Shown here piece after piece: positions 54,754 through 64,000 of a stretch of DNA of 64,000 bases (the stretch's first letter is position 1; the number at the start of each line of letters is the position of its first letter). The DNA comes from Blastocatellia bacterium. GTDB lineage: Bacteria; Acidobacteriota; Blastocatellia; UBA7656. Under the pieces are notes generated by a model, which saw nothing but the letters and a program-made list of their open reading frames with translations, searched no databases and was not told the DNA's origin. A program made the translations under genes and the position numbers. The DNA lies in contig CAVTUR010000010.1 of NCBI GenBank assembly GCA_963737945.1, positions 152,705 to 216,704 of the forward strand. The letters run 5' to 3'.

Positions 54754-54887
54754 TCTGCTTCGCGTTGATACTTAGTCAGAGGATACATGTCGTTTTCCTT
54801 TTAGCCCTTTGAGTCCTTCCTGGATCAATTGCCTTACGTCGGTGCGTTACCGCGAGATGCTTAACAGCGTGCAGCATAATCCCCCGC

Positions 54888-56831
54888 CTAGTTGAGCGGG
54901 TCAGGATCGGGCTCCGGCAACATGGCGCTGGTCAAGTCACCGCTCATTGCGGATGAGGCTAGAATAGATTGGGCGGTCGCCCCCAACGAAGCAGAGAAGT
55001 AGCTATCGGACAACAGCACTCCATCCGAGAGGAGTACCCCATCGGATAGCAGTACCCCGCTTGATAGCACGGTGCCCAGCGTGAGGAGGGTGCCGCTCGA
55101 CAGCAAAGTGCCGTCCGAGAGGAGCACGCCATCCGACAGGAGGACACCGCTCGAAAGGAGAGTGCCATCGGATAAGAGAACGCCGCCGGCCAGAAGGGTG
55201 CCGTCTGAAAGCAACACTCCGGTTCCGTAGACGCCCTGATATTTCGTGATGAGCGAGGAGCCATAGACGAAGTTCCATCTTTGGACAAATCCGCCGCCCC
55301 AGGAAAACGTGTTGCCGGCGATCGTCGTTGTTTGTGTAGGCGCCGCTCCGGTGAGCAAAGAATCGCCCACCACGCGTCCCGCCAGGTCGGTACGTATCAG
55401 TCCCGCCAGCCTTACGCCGCCTTCCACATTCAGTTCGCCTGCTCCCTGTTCGTAGTTGCTGGCGCCGGCCAGAGGCCGCGACGTGTATTGCAGGATGCCC
55501 TTAACAAGGTTCGGGGTCAGACTCGGATTTCTCTGTATCAGTAGGGCCGCCGCACCTGCAACGGCCGGCGTGGCCATCGATGTCCCGCTCATGTACATCA
55601 TTTTGTGGACGGCGGACCAGCTTACGTACGCATTAAGGCTGGGGTTGTCAGTCACAAGCTTGTTGCCCGGTGATAGACACTCAATTATCTTGTTGCCCGG
55701 AGCGACCAGATCGGGCTTGATCAGATTGTCGTATTGCCTTACCCCCAGAGAATCGGTGGTATATCCGCGCGTTGGACCTCGAGAGCTAAAGCTCGCAACA
55801 GTGTCATCGACGCGGCTGTCCGTGCCATAGGTGTTGGCTGCCCCAACGGTGATCGCGGATGGTTCTATGCCCGGGGAATGGATTGCGCCGAACACCTTGT
55901 TGCCTGCGAGGTCTTTGCCGGTATTGCCGGCTGCCACGCATACGACTATCCCCGCGTTGAATGCTCGCCGCACTGCCTGGCAAAGCGGATCGTTCACATA
56001 CGAATCAACCGCCGTAGTGCCAAAGCTCATGTTAAGCACTCGAATGTTGTAAGCAGCCTTGTTGGCTATACACCAGTCAATCCCCGCGATCGCGTTAGAC
56101 ATCGAGCCGGCGCCCTGAGAATTCAGCACTCTTACATTGATGATCTTTGCCGCCGGTGCCACTCCGGTATACTTGCCGTTGGAAACGTGATCGTTTCCCG
56201 CCGCAATCGACGCCACGTGAGTACCGTGTCCGTAGGGATCGTCGGTCCTACCCTCACCCGTGAAGTCAACGCTCGCAACCACTCGGCCCGTATTAAATGA
56301 GTGATGCGCGGAGTAGACGCCCGAATCGAGTATTGCGATTCCAATGCCTGAGCCATTTATCGTCCCGGTTGAACTCGTGCCGTAGGCCCGCGCCAAAGAA
56401 GCTCCAGTGGTGACTTCCAGGTGACCTGTCACTTGTGTGTCTCGATCGAGAGAGATGTACTTGACGCCATCGTCGCTGGCGAGAGCACGGATCGCACCCG
56501 CGGACAGCTCCACTGCGGCAGTCCTCCCGCCGTCCAGGCTTCTGGTTATGATGCCTCCCAGTTTGCCGATCCTTGCCATCTGACTGCTTGCGGACTTTGC
56601 ATTCGCCAGGCTGTCTGTCTGGATGATTACGCGGATCGGTTTATCACTCGCGTATCCGACGGCATCCTCCAGATCCGACGCCACTTTTCTCATAGGAACA
56701 ATCGGTTGCGCTTTCGATTGAGCCATCGCGTTGCTTTCAAAGAGCCCATCCGTTGGCGCGCCGCTCAACGCGAAAGAGGCGGCCACTACGACTGCCGTTA
56801 GCACCTTGAAAACGTTTTTGGAGATTTTCAT
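54888..56831 (-). CDS. Secreted subtilisin-like serine protease (peptidase S8) with a C-terminal hexapeptide-repeat domain
   Basis: Signal peptide. Catalytic triad motifs AILDSGV (Asp), HGTHVASIAAG (His), GTSMATPAVAGAAALL (Ser). C-terminal tail has about 10 tandem [ST][DS]G[VT]LL repeats. Confidence 0.85.
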   Translation of the reverse strand: MKISKNVFKVLTAVVVAASFALSGAPTDGLFESNAMAQSKAQPIVPMRKVASDLEDAVGYASDKPIRVIIQTDSLANAKSASSQMARIGKLGGIITRSLDGGRTAAVELSAGAIRALASDDGVKYISLDRDTQVTGHLEVTTGASLARAYGTSSTGTINGSGIGIAILDSGVYSAHHSFNTGRVVASVDFTGEGRTDDPYGHGTHVASIAAGNDHVSNGKYTGVAPAAKIINVRVLNSQGAGSMSNAIAGIDWCIANKAAYNIRVLNMSFGTTAVDSYVNDPLCQAVRRAFNAGIVVCVAAGNTGKDLAGNKVFGAIHSPGIEPSAITVGAANTYGTDSRVDDTVASFSSRGPTRGYTTDSLGVRQYDNLIKPDLVAPGNKIIECLSPGNKLVTDNPSLNAYVSWSAVHKMMYMSGTSMATPAVAGAAALLIQRNPSLTPNLVKGILQYTSRPLAGASNYEQGAGELNVEGGVRLAGLIRTDLAGRVVGDSLLTGAAPTQTTTIAGNTFSWGGGFVQRWNFVYGSSLITKYQGVYGTGVLLSDGTLLAGGVLLSDGTLLSSGVLLSDGVLLSDGTLLSSGTLLTLGTVLSSGVLLSDGVLLSDGVLLSDSYFSASLGATAQSILASSAMSGDLTSAMLPEPDPDPLN

Positions 56832-57489
56832 GGTTTTAGCTCCCGACTGCGGTTAATAGCTAATGAGCACTGAGTTCAACTTCTTCAGCTTTCGACTGCT
56901 CTGTGTCTCTACAACCTTGAAGAGAAAATGATTCCGGTCACAAATAACACTCCCGAGTCGAACCCTCGACAGACGTTCCAATAGTCAACAGCCGTGCCGG
57001 AAGGTCAAACACCCGAGCCCCGACGCTCCGTGGAGGCATATGAATGGTCAGGGGGTAGCTCATATCCAGAGGACTTCGGAGTTTGCATTTACTTGGCAAA
57101 TCAAGACTTATGCAGGCTTGGGTCTTTGCCTTTGGCGGTCCCTTCACTTGCCGCCCGAAAGGGACCCGGACCAAGGAACACGACCGGTCACGTATAGCCC
57201 CCCGGCTTCGCGTCCGGTCAGCTTAATGGAAGGCGTTCGGTCTTATTGAATGAAGGCTCTTTTGAGGAATCAACGATGGGGGCCGCTGATCCAATAATTA
57301 CTCTTTGCTTCGAATCGACGACTGATTACTATTTGGAGGAGTCATCCCAGCCCTCGCTCTGCAATTCAGTTCAGGACTTCAACGGCAGGCAGAATCCGGC
57401 TGAAGACCTCGACTGCCTCTGCCCCTCCAGCTTGGCTTCGGAGCGAAAAGTCGAACTTGATTGTTGGGACCGGGCGGCCGGGTGAGAGA

Positions 57490-58626
57490 ATGTCTGCTGA
57501 TCAAGAATACAGCGAAGATCAGGTAAGCGCTTATTACCTGGAGGTTGAGTGCTTGTTGGAGCGCGTGGAGATTTCGTCCACACACTATCAGGTCCTGGGG
57601 CTGGATAGTCTAGCTACTACCGGAGAGATAAGACTTGAATATCTGCGGGCGGCTGCATTGCTGAATCCTTCACAGTTCGGACTCAATCTGTCAATACCGG
57701 ACGCCTCATTGCTCAGGGTTGATCAGGCGTTCGAAAGAATTTCCCAGGCATTCGCGGTCCTCGTGAACTCCAATAGAAGAAACCAATACGATGAATTGCT
57801 AAGTCAAGATTGGACCGCGGCGCGGCCGGTGATCAAATCCGGATCGGCTTTATCAGACATTCTGGCCGACCCTCCGCCGGTTACGGCTCCGGCGGAACAC
57901 AGCGCACTCAACACCAACGACACCCAGACTCAACAGCGAGTCTTCACAAAACCAGACGGCGGCGCGGCGGAAACCGATCGGCGCAAGTGTGAGCGATTCA
58001 GACTCTCGATACCTGTCCTCGTGACCGGTTACGAGCAAGGAAAGGGCAAGTGGAAGGAGTTCACGCAGACAATCGATATCAGCAAAATGGGAGTCCTGCT
58101 CAAGATTGCGACGCGAGTGCGCGTTGGAAGAGTGCTCTATCTTACGATGCCCATGCCTTCGGAGTTACGGACTCACTCCCACGACCAACCGCGATACGGC
58201 GTGTACGCTCTGGTGCGGCGAATCGAGCCTACCAGGAATGGACGCCGGGGCGTCGGGCTCGAGTTGTTGGGTGAGGACCCTCCGGCGGGTTACTTAGAGA
58301 AGCCCTCGGACATATTTGATCCAAAGAGGTGGGACGCCGTTCAACGCAGGCGGTTCCCTCGCGAGGAAAGAGTCGAGGAGATCACTATCGACTACCTGTC
58401 TCAAACAATGGAACTACTGGGACAGGAGGAGACGTTTTCGGAAAACGTAAGTTCGACCGGTATTAGAGTAATGATCGAAGCCGCCCCAGACGACTTCGAG
58501 TTTGTCAGAGTGCGCTGTTCCAAGCGTGGCTTTGATAGTCTGGCAGCCGTTTCCAACCAGTACGTCGGAGATGATGGAGTCGGTCGATTGTGTTTGCGCC
58601 TTCTCGATAGGAAGTGGCCCGTCTAG
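57490..58626 (+). CDS. Degenerate J-domain (HPD to NPS) + tandem PilZ-domain protein
   Basis: J-like THYQVLGLDSLATTGEIRLEYLRAAALLNPSQ…LVNSNRRNQYDELL. PilZ-1 motifs RRKCERFR and DISKMGVLL. PilZ-2 motifs RRRFPREER and NVSSTGIRV. Shares an MPxP..LRTHS.D motif with the 53159-53871 paralog. Confidence 0.7.
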   Translation: MSADQEYSEDQVSAYYLEVECLLERVEISSTHYQVLGLDSLATTGEIRLEYLRAAALLNPSQFGLNLSIPDASLLRVDQAFERISQAFAVLVNSNRRNQYDELLSQDWTAARPVIKSGSALSDILADPPPVTAPAEHSALNTNDTQTQQRVFTKPDGGAAETDRRKCERFRLSIPVLVTGYEQGKGKWKEFTQTIDISKMGVLLKIATRVRVGRVLYLTMPMPSELRTHSHDQPRYGVYALVRRIEPTRNGRRGVGLELLGEDPPAGYLEKPSDIFDPKRWDAVQRRRFPREERVEEITIDYLSQTMELLGQEETFSENVSSTGIRVMIEAAPDDFEFVRVRCSKRGFDSLAAVSNQYVGDDGVGRLCLRLLDRKWPV

Positions 58627-58965
58627 GCACATCGGTTGGCCCTGCGTCCTCACTTCAGGAGTGAATTCTGCCACGGTCTGCTTGACCAGCTTACATCAAG
58701 CTGACCGAAATGCTTCCTTCAAGTATGTAATGTCGATCCGGATTCTTTTATGCGTGCCGCGTTTTTCCCCGGAAAAATAACCTTCTCTCAGGAGATCGCA
58801 TCCACTTGCTAACTCATTACTTAAGCTCTGGTTATCTCCAGTTTCCGGTTGCGCTCCACTTACTTGAACGAGGGAAACAGACCGCGGATGCCGATAGATA
58901 AACGATATGTTCTCTTTTGGCACGCTCATTGACTGTTGTTTGCCGAATACCAGGATAGCTTCCAA

Positions 58966-61485
58966 ATGAGCAACGCATTGCCGGTGGACACCGAGAGAAT
59001 CGCCGCGCCCTACATGAAAATTGTGGCAGCGACCGGTGCTGCCATAAGCCTATTCGCTGTTTATCACTTACCGATCACAAGGATCGGTCTGCCTTTTCTG
59101 CTCTTGGCGGCAGTGACACTAGGTGTCGGATCCAGGATTCGCGTTAGCTTTTTTCGTTTCGACTCCTGCATTTCGATCTCAGATATCTTCATTTTTCTTA
59201 CGCTCCTGTTGTTCGATGGAGAGGCGGCTATTGTTGTCGCGGCGCTGGAGGGTTTTTTCTCGTCGCTGCGCATTACCAAGAAACCGCTCACGATGGCGTT
59301 CAACTCCGGCGGCATGGCGTGGTCAACTTTTCTAAACGTGTTGGTGCTTCGCTTCTGCTTCGGATCGATAGTTGGTCCACATCAAGTTTTTTCTTCCAGA
59401 CTCATTGTAATGACCTGCACAATGGCCTTTGTTCAATACGCCACCAATTCGGGGATTGTCGCTGTCGCGGCGGCCCTAAGAGCAAATCAGCCCATCTGGG
59501 TCACATACAAAGAGAACTTCGTTTGGACCTCACTCACCTATTTTGCCGGAGCTTCAGCGGCCACAATCATCGTCAGGCTGATAAGCGCCGTCGGTTTCTA
59601 TGCCTTCATAGCCACGTTGCCGATCGTCGGAATCCTCTACCTCACATATGTAACTTATCTCAAGAATGTCGCGGCTTCGGCGTCACAGGCTGAACAAGCC
59701 GAACGCCATCTTGCTGAGATGCAGGAAAGCGAAGGGCGATTCCGAAGCGCCTTTGACCTGGCCCCAATTGGAATGGGACTGGTTTCACCTGAGGGACGCT
59801 GGCTGCAGGTCAATCAATCGTTGTGTCAGATCGTCGGGTACCCGGAAGAGGAACTCCTGCGGATGAAGTACCAGACGATCACCCATCCGGAAGATCTTAC
59901 TGGTTTCGCGTACAACATAAGCGAGGTCGTTGACGGCAAGACTCTCACTCACCAGATGGAGAAGCGATACCGCCACAAACTGGGCCACAATGTCTGGGTC
60001 TTAGTCGGGGTCTCGCTCATTCGCGACTCAGAAAGTAACTCGTCGCATCTTATCTTTCAGATTCAGGACATCACCGATCGCAAGAACGCAGAGGAACAAC
60101 TCGTGCACGAGGCTTTCCACGATGCCCTGACCGGATTGCCTAACCGAGCATGGTTTATGGAACAGCTTGGTAGGTCTCTGGACCAGGTCAAGCAGGACAA
60201 GGATCGTCTGTTTGCCGTGCTGTTCCTCGACCTTGATCGCTTCAAGACCATCAACGACAGCATAGGCCACATGGTTGGAGACCAGTTGTTGATCGGGATC
60301 GCCGAGAGACTTCGGCATTGCCTGCGCCCTGGAGACAGGATAGCCAGACTCGGCGGCGACGAGTTTACGATACTACTCAACGGTATCAGGGACGCCAGTT
60401 GGGCCATCGACGTCGCCGAGAAGATCCAGAGACACGTCTCGCAGCCGTTCAACCTTGGCGGTTATGAGGCCTGCACTTCCGCGAGCATCGGCATAGCATT
60501 TTCCAACGCCGACTATGATCGACCGGAGGACTTCCTGCGCGACGCGGACACGGCTATGTATCAGGCCAAGTTCCTCGGCAAGGCCCGTCACGTAGTCTTC
60601 GACAAAGGCATGCACGTCGATGCGATGAATCTCCTGCAGTTGGAGACTGACCTGCGCAGGGCGATCGATCGCCAGGAATTCCTGATCGGATACCAGCCTA
60701 TTGTCTCACTGGAAACCGGTAGACTCAGCGGATTCGAAGCCCTTGTCCGCTGGCAGCACCCGGATCGCGGATTGATCCCCCCAAATGATTTCATTGCAGT
60801 CGCTGAAGAGACAGGTTTCATAGTTCCAATCGGTCAATGGGTACTACTTGAAGCGTGCAGCCAAATGCGACTCTGGCAGAAGAGGTTCTCATCGGCCGAA
60901 CCCTTGTATGTCAGCGTCAACCTTTCCGGCAAACAGTTCACCCATTCGAATCTGGTTCATCAGATAAGCCGGGTACTCAATGTTACCGGGCTCGAATCGC
61001 ATTCGCTGAAGCTGGAAATTACCGAGAGAATAGTGATGGAGAATATCGAAGGAGCGACTGGGATACTCGAGCAGTTGCGTGCCCTCGGGGTCGAACTCAG
61101 CATCGATGATTTTGGGACAGGGTACTCATCACTTAGCTATCTGCACCGCCTGCCCATCGACACCTTGAAAATAGATCGCTCCTTCATCAGCTGCATGGGC
61201 GACAACAACGAGAACAGAGAGATTGTACGAACGATAATATTGCTGGCCCAAAACCTGAAAATGGGCGTCGTCGCCGAGGGGATCGAAACCGAGGAACAGC
61301 TTGCGCAACTACGCGAGCTTAACTGTCAGGACGGCCAGGGTTACTTATTCTCCAGACCGCTCAGCGCAGAAGCAGCAGGCAGTTTCATTGAACAGATCTC
61401 TCAACTCCAAATACCCACCACCTCGGCCATCGAGTTGCGCAGCGAAGATGCTTTTGCGCCTATCGCAAGTCCCTACTCGATGTAG
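58966..61485 (+). CDS. Membrane sensor diguanylate cyclase/phosphodiesterase (N-terminal ~8-TM domain, PAS, GGDEF, EAL)
   Basis: PAS segment FDLAPIGMGLVSPEGRWLQVNQSLCQIVGY. I-site RPGD plus active-site RLGGDEF. EAL motifs FEALVRW, DDFGTGYSSLSYL, KIDRSF. An in-frame TTG at 58936 is an alternative start. Confidence 0.85.
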   Translation: MSNALPVDTERIAAPYMKIVAATGAAISLFAVYHLPITRIGLPFLLLAAVTLGVGSRIRVSFFRFDSCISISDIFIFLTLLLFDGEAAIVVAALEGFFSSLRITKKPLTMAFNSGGMAWSTFLNVLVLRFCFGSIVGPHQVFSSRLIVMTCTMAFVQYATNSGIVAVAAALRANQPIWVTYKENFVWTSLTYFAGASAATIIVRLISAVGFYAFIATLPIVGILYLTYVTYLKNVAASASQAEQAERHLAEMQESEGRFRSAFDLAPIGMGLVSPEGRWLQVNQSLCQIVGYPEEELLRMKYQTITHPEDLTGFAYNISEVVDGKTLTHQMEKRYRHKLGHNVWVLVGVSLIRDSESNSSHLIFQIQDITDRKNAEEQLVHEAFHDALTGLPNRAWFMEQLGRSLDQVKQDKDRLFAVLFLDLDRFKTINDSIGHMVGDQLLIGIAERLRHCLRPGDRIARLGGDEFTILLNGIRDASWAIDVAEKIQRHVSQPFNLGGYEACTSASIGIAFSNADYDRPEDFLRDADTAMYQAKFLGKARHVVFDKGMHVDAMNLLQLETDLRRAIDRQEFLIGYQPIVSLETGRLSGFEALVRWQHPDRGLIPPNDFIAVAEETGFIVPIGQWVLLEACSQMRLWQKRFSSAEPLYVSVNLSGKQFTHSNLVHQISRVLNVTGLESHSLKLEITERIVMENIEGATGILEQLRALGVELSIDDFGTGYSSLSYLHRLPIDTLKIDRSFISCMGDNNENREIVRTIILLAQNLKMGVVAEGIETEEQLAQLRELNCQDGQGYLFSRPLSAEAAGSFIEQISQLQIPTTSAIELRSEDAFAPIASPYSM

Positions 61486-61572
61486 TTGCCACTCCTGACT
61501 TGTGGCGCGCCGCGAAAGCCGGGAAACGAGCGCGTGAAGCCACCTCACCCGCAACGTGAAGGTTGCGCTTCG

Positions 61573-64000
61573 TCACTTTATTACTACATTGATCAGTTTT
61601 CTTGGGATGACGATGATCCTTGCGACATCGCGGCCCTCGATTGCAGCTTTCACTTTGTCATCCGCAAGCGCGGCCTCGCGCAGCCAGTCATCGCTCGCGT
61701 CTGCGCTTGCGAAAACGCGGCCCCGCAGCTTGCCGTTGACCTGGACCGCAACTTCGATCTCTTCGTCACGAGCGAGTTCGGCGCTGAATTCCGGCCATCG
61801 CGCCTGCGCCAGGCTCTCGGAATGGCCAAAACTCTCCCACAGCTCCTCGCTGATGTGAGGACCAAACGGCGCCAGCATCCGAATCAATGCGTTGAATGCT
61901 TCACGCGCTACCTGGGCATCTGAGTCGCTCGCATCGCCAATCTTTTCGACCGCCTGGTCGAACGCGTAGATCTCGTTGGTCAGTTCCATCAACGACGAGA
62001 TGCAGGTGTTCAAGTGAAGCCGTTCCTCGAAGTTTTCGGTTATCGATCGTACTATCTGATGCACGCGGCGACGGAGCCTTCGCTGATGGTCTTGAAGATC
62101 ACCCTGGGTAATCAATCCCTCGCTCGCTCCAACAATCCTGCCCTGCCACTTGTGAGCTATTCGCCAGACTCGCTGCAGGTATCGTGAAGTGCCTTCGAAT
62201 CCGGTATCCGACCACTCCTTATCCTTCTCGGGTGGACCGGCAAAGAGCACGAACAAGCGCAGCGCATCCGCGCCGTGAATGTTGATCATCTCGACAGGAT
62301 CGACGGCGTTCTTTTTGGACTTCGACATCTTTTCGACGCGGCCGGTGACTACTTCCCTTCCGCAGATCGCGCAAGTCCTCTCGCCGGTCACTTGCTCGGG
62401 AAACAACCACTCGTGCTCGGGGCAGAAGTATGTTTCCTTATTGATCATCCCCTGGGTGAGCAGCCGCATAACCGGCTCATCCAAGGTCACAAGCCCCAGA
62501 TCGCGCATCACCTTCGTCCAGTAACGTGTATAGATCAGGTGCATCACTGCGTGCTCGATGCCGCCGATGTATTGATCGACCGGCAGCCAGTAGCCAACCT
62601 TCTCGGGATCGAATGGCTGACGGTCGTTGTGCGGATCGCAGTAGCGAAAGTAATACCAGTTCGAGTCAACAAAGGTGTCCATCGTGTCGGTGTCGCGCTT
62701 CGCCTCGCCGCCACATTTCGGGCAACTCACGTCGACGTAGTCAGGCACGTGGTCGAGCGGCGAGCCGCCGGTGACGTTCAAGTTCACTCCCTTTGGCAAC
62801 ACAACCGGCAACTGATCGTCGGGCACCGGCACGATGCCGCACTTCTCGCAGTGAATCATCGGAACCGGTGTGCCCCAGTAGCGCTGCCGGGAGATGCCCC
62901 AGTCGCGCAGCTTATAAGTGATCGCCGAACGCCCAAACTGGTGAGTCTCAGCGTAGGCGGTCATCAGCCTGTTTGCTTCTTCTGAAGACAAGCCGCTCCA
63001 CTCCCCCGTGTTCACCGTGGTACTCCAGGATTCATCCGGGAATTCCATTTCTTCCGCTGGAATCTCGGCACCGTCTGCAGCCAGCTTGATCTGGCGAAAC
63101 GGCAGCTGGTACTTGCGCGAGAACTCGAAGTCTCGGCTATCACCGGCCGGCACCGACATGAGCGCCCCGGTTCCGTATTCGGCCAGCACAAAGTTCGCGA
63201 TCCATATCGGCAGGCGTTCCTCGTTGAACGGGTTTATCGCATACCCGCCGGTGAAGATGCCGTGCTTTTCCAGTTCGTCAACTCGCGAGCTTCGTTGTTC
63301 CTGCTTAAGCGTCTCGGCGAATGCCAATACCTCTTCTCGCTGTGGCTTGCCCTCGAGGATCTTCGAGACAAGCGGATGCCCGGGCGCCAGTATGATCGCG
63401 TTCGCGCCGAATATCGTGTCGATGCGAGTAGTAAACACCGACACCGAATTGTCGGAGTCCGCAATCTGGAACCGAACCTCTGCGCCGCGACTCCTGCCAA
63501 TCCAGTTGCGCTGCATGGAGATCACGCGCTCGGGCCAGCCGCCTTCCAGTTGATCGAGACCATCGAGCAACTGATCGGCGTAATCCGTGATTCGCGCAAA
63601 CCACTGCATCAACTGTTTCTGAGTGACCGGAGTATCGCATCGCCAGCAGACGCCGCCCGAGGCCTGTTCGTTGGACAGCGAGATATTCTCCTTCGGACAC
63701 CAGTTGACCGGAGCGAGCTTGCGATAGAGCATCCCCCGCTCCCACATTCGAATAAAGAACCACTGGTTCCACTTGTAGTACTCGGGGTCGCAGGTGGCGA
63801 CCTCGCGCGACCAGTCGTAGCTGATCCCCATTCGCAGAAGTTGATCTTTCATCGTCGCGATCGCGTTCCGCGTAAACTCCTCCGGATCAGTTCCGTCTTT
63901 GATGGCGGCCGTCTCAGCAGGCTGGCCAAAGGCATCCCAGCCGAAGGGGTGAAGCACGTTGAAGCCGCGCATCCGCTTGAACCACGCCAGAGCATCGCCG
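61573..64000 (-). CDS. leuS: Leucyl-tRNA synthetase, 5' partial (frame continues past the window end)
   Basis: …RMRGFNVLHPFGWDAFGQPAE…; editing (CP1) domain, KMSKS motif (VEKMSKSKKN) and C-terminal anticodon-binding region. No stop between 63972 and 64000 in frame. Confidence 0.9.
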   Translation of the reverse strand, partial: GDALAWFKRMRGFNVLHPFGWDAFGQPAETAAIKDGTDPEEFTRNAIATMKDQLLRMGISYDWSREVATCDPEYYKWNQWFFIRMWERGMLYRKLAPVNWCPKENISLSNEQASGGVCWRCDTPVTQKQLMQWFARITDYADQLLDGLDQLEGGWPERVISMQRNWIGRSRGAEVRFQIADSDNSVSVFTTRIDTIFGANAIILAPGHPLVSKILEGKPQREEVLAFAETLKQEQRSSRVDELEKHGIFTGGYAINPFNEERLPIWIANFVLAEYGTGALMSVPAGDSRDFEFSRKYQLPFRQIKLAADGAEIPAEEMEFPDESWSTTVNTGEWSGLSSEEANRLMTAYAETHQFGRSAITYKLRDWGISRQRYWGTPVPMIHCEKCGIVPVPDDQLPVVLPKGVNLNVTGGSPLDHVPDYVDVSCPKCGGEAKRDTDTMDTFVDSNWYYFRYCDPHNDRQPFDPEKVGYWLPVDQYIGGIEHAVMHLIYTRYWTKVMRDLGLVTLDEPVMRLLTQGMINKETYFCPEHEWLFPEQVTGERTCAICGREVVTGRVEKMSKSKKNAVDPVEMINIHGADALRLFVLFAGPPEKDKEWSDTGFEGTSRYLQRVWRIAHKWQGRIVGASEGLITQGDLQDHQRRLRRRVHQIVRSITENFEERLHLNTCISSLMELTNEIYAFDQAVEKIGDASDSDAQVAREAFNALIRMLAPFGPHISEELWESFGHSESLAQARWPEFSAELARDEEIEVAVQVNGKLRGRVFASADASDDWLREAALADDKVKAAIEGRDVARIIVIPRKLINVVIK

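Noticed and set aside
61486-62985. Plus-strand ORFs (145, 236 aa) inside leuS
   Set aside because: Antisense shadows of leuS.

Overview
This 64 kb window looks like a chromosomal segment from a high-GC (about 60 %) Gram-negative bacterium, probably an Acidobacteriota-like soil organism. The pointers are an ADOP-type duplicated FtsX permease, many secreted peptidases and TAT/Sec-exported enzymes. I recognise about 50 protein genes and no rRNA, tRNA, CRISPR array, transposase or integrase.

Left to right the window contains:
- a 5'-truncated tricorn-like S41 protease;
- a secreted TPR/HExxH protein;
- an enoyl-CoA hydratase;
- an ADOP permease;
- a glycerophosphodiester phosphodiesterase, Dps, a GH27 alpha-galactosidase and an L,D-transpeptidase;
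- a large APH-kinase/M23/class-III-aminotransferase tri-domain fusion;
- a YfcH epimerase and a proline-racemase-family (Cys/Thr, 3-hydroxyproline-dehydratase-like) enzyme;
- a DUF885 protein;
- a divergent TAT-exported Gfo/Idh/MocA oxidoreductase plus DUF1080 (3-keto-disaccharide hydrolase) pair;
- two RND efflux systems, the one on the plus strand heavily decayed and the one on the minus strand intact;
- a minus-strand 2-oxoacid dehydrogenase cluster (Rieske ferredoxin, lpd, E1 alpha, E1 beta, E2, lipB);
- a run of M1/M28/M16/M16 peptidases, HU, and a metK-ahcY pair with a structured spacer;
- an AmmeMemoRadiSam B/A pair, rpsT, and holA-lptE.

An ~8.5 kb c-di-GMP/protease segment sits between lptE and leuS. 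It holds two degenerate-J-domain/PilZ proteins, a GNAT, an S8 protease with a hexapeptide-repeat tail and a membrane PAS-GGDEF-EAL protein.

Two features stand out. First, the window carries many apparent frameshifts, clustered in particular genes. Second, at least seven families of intergenic tandem-oligomer palindromes sit between co-directional genes. All calls rest on reading the ORF translations; no database search was run.
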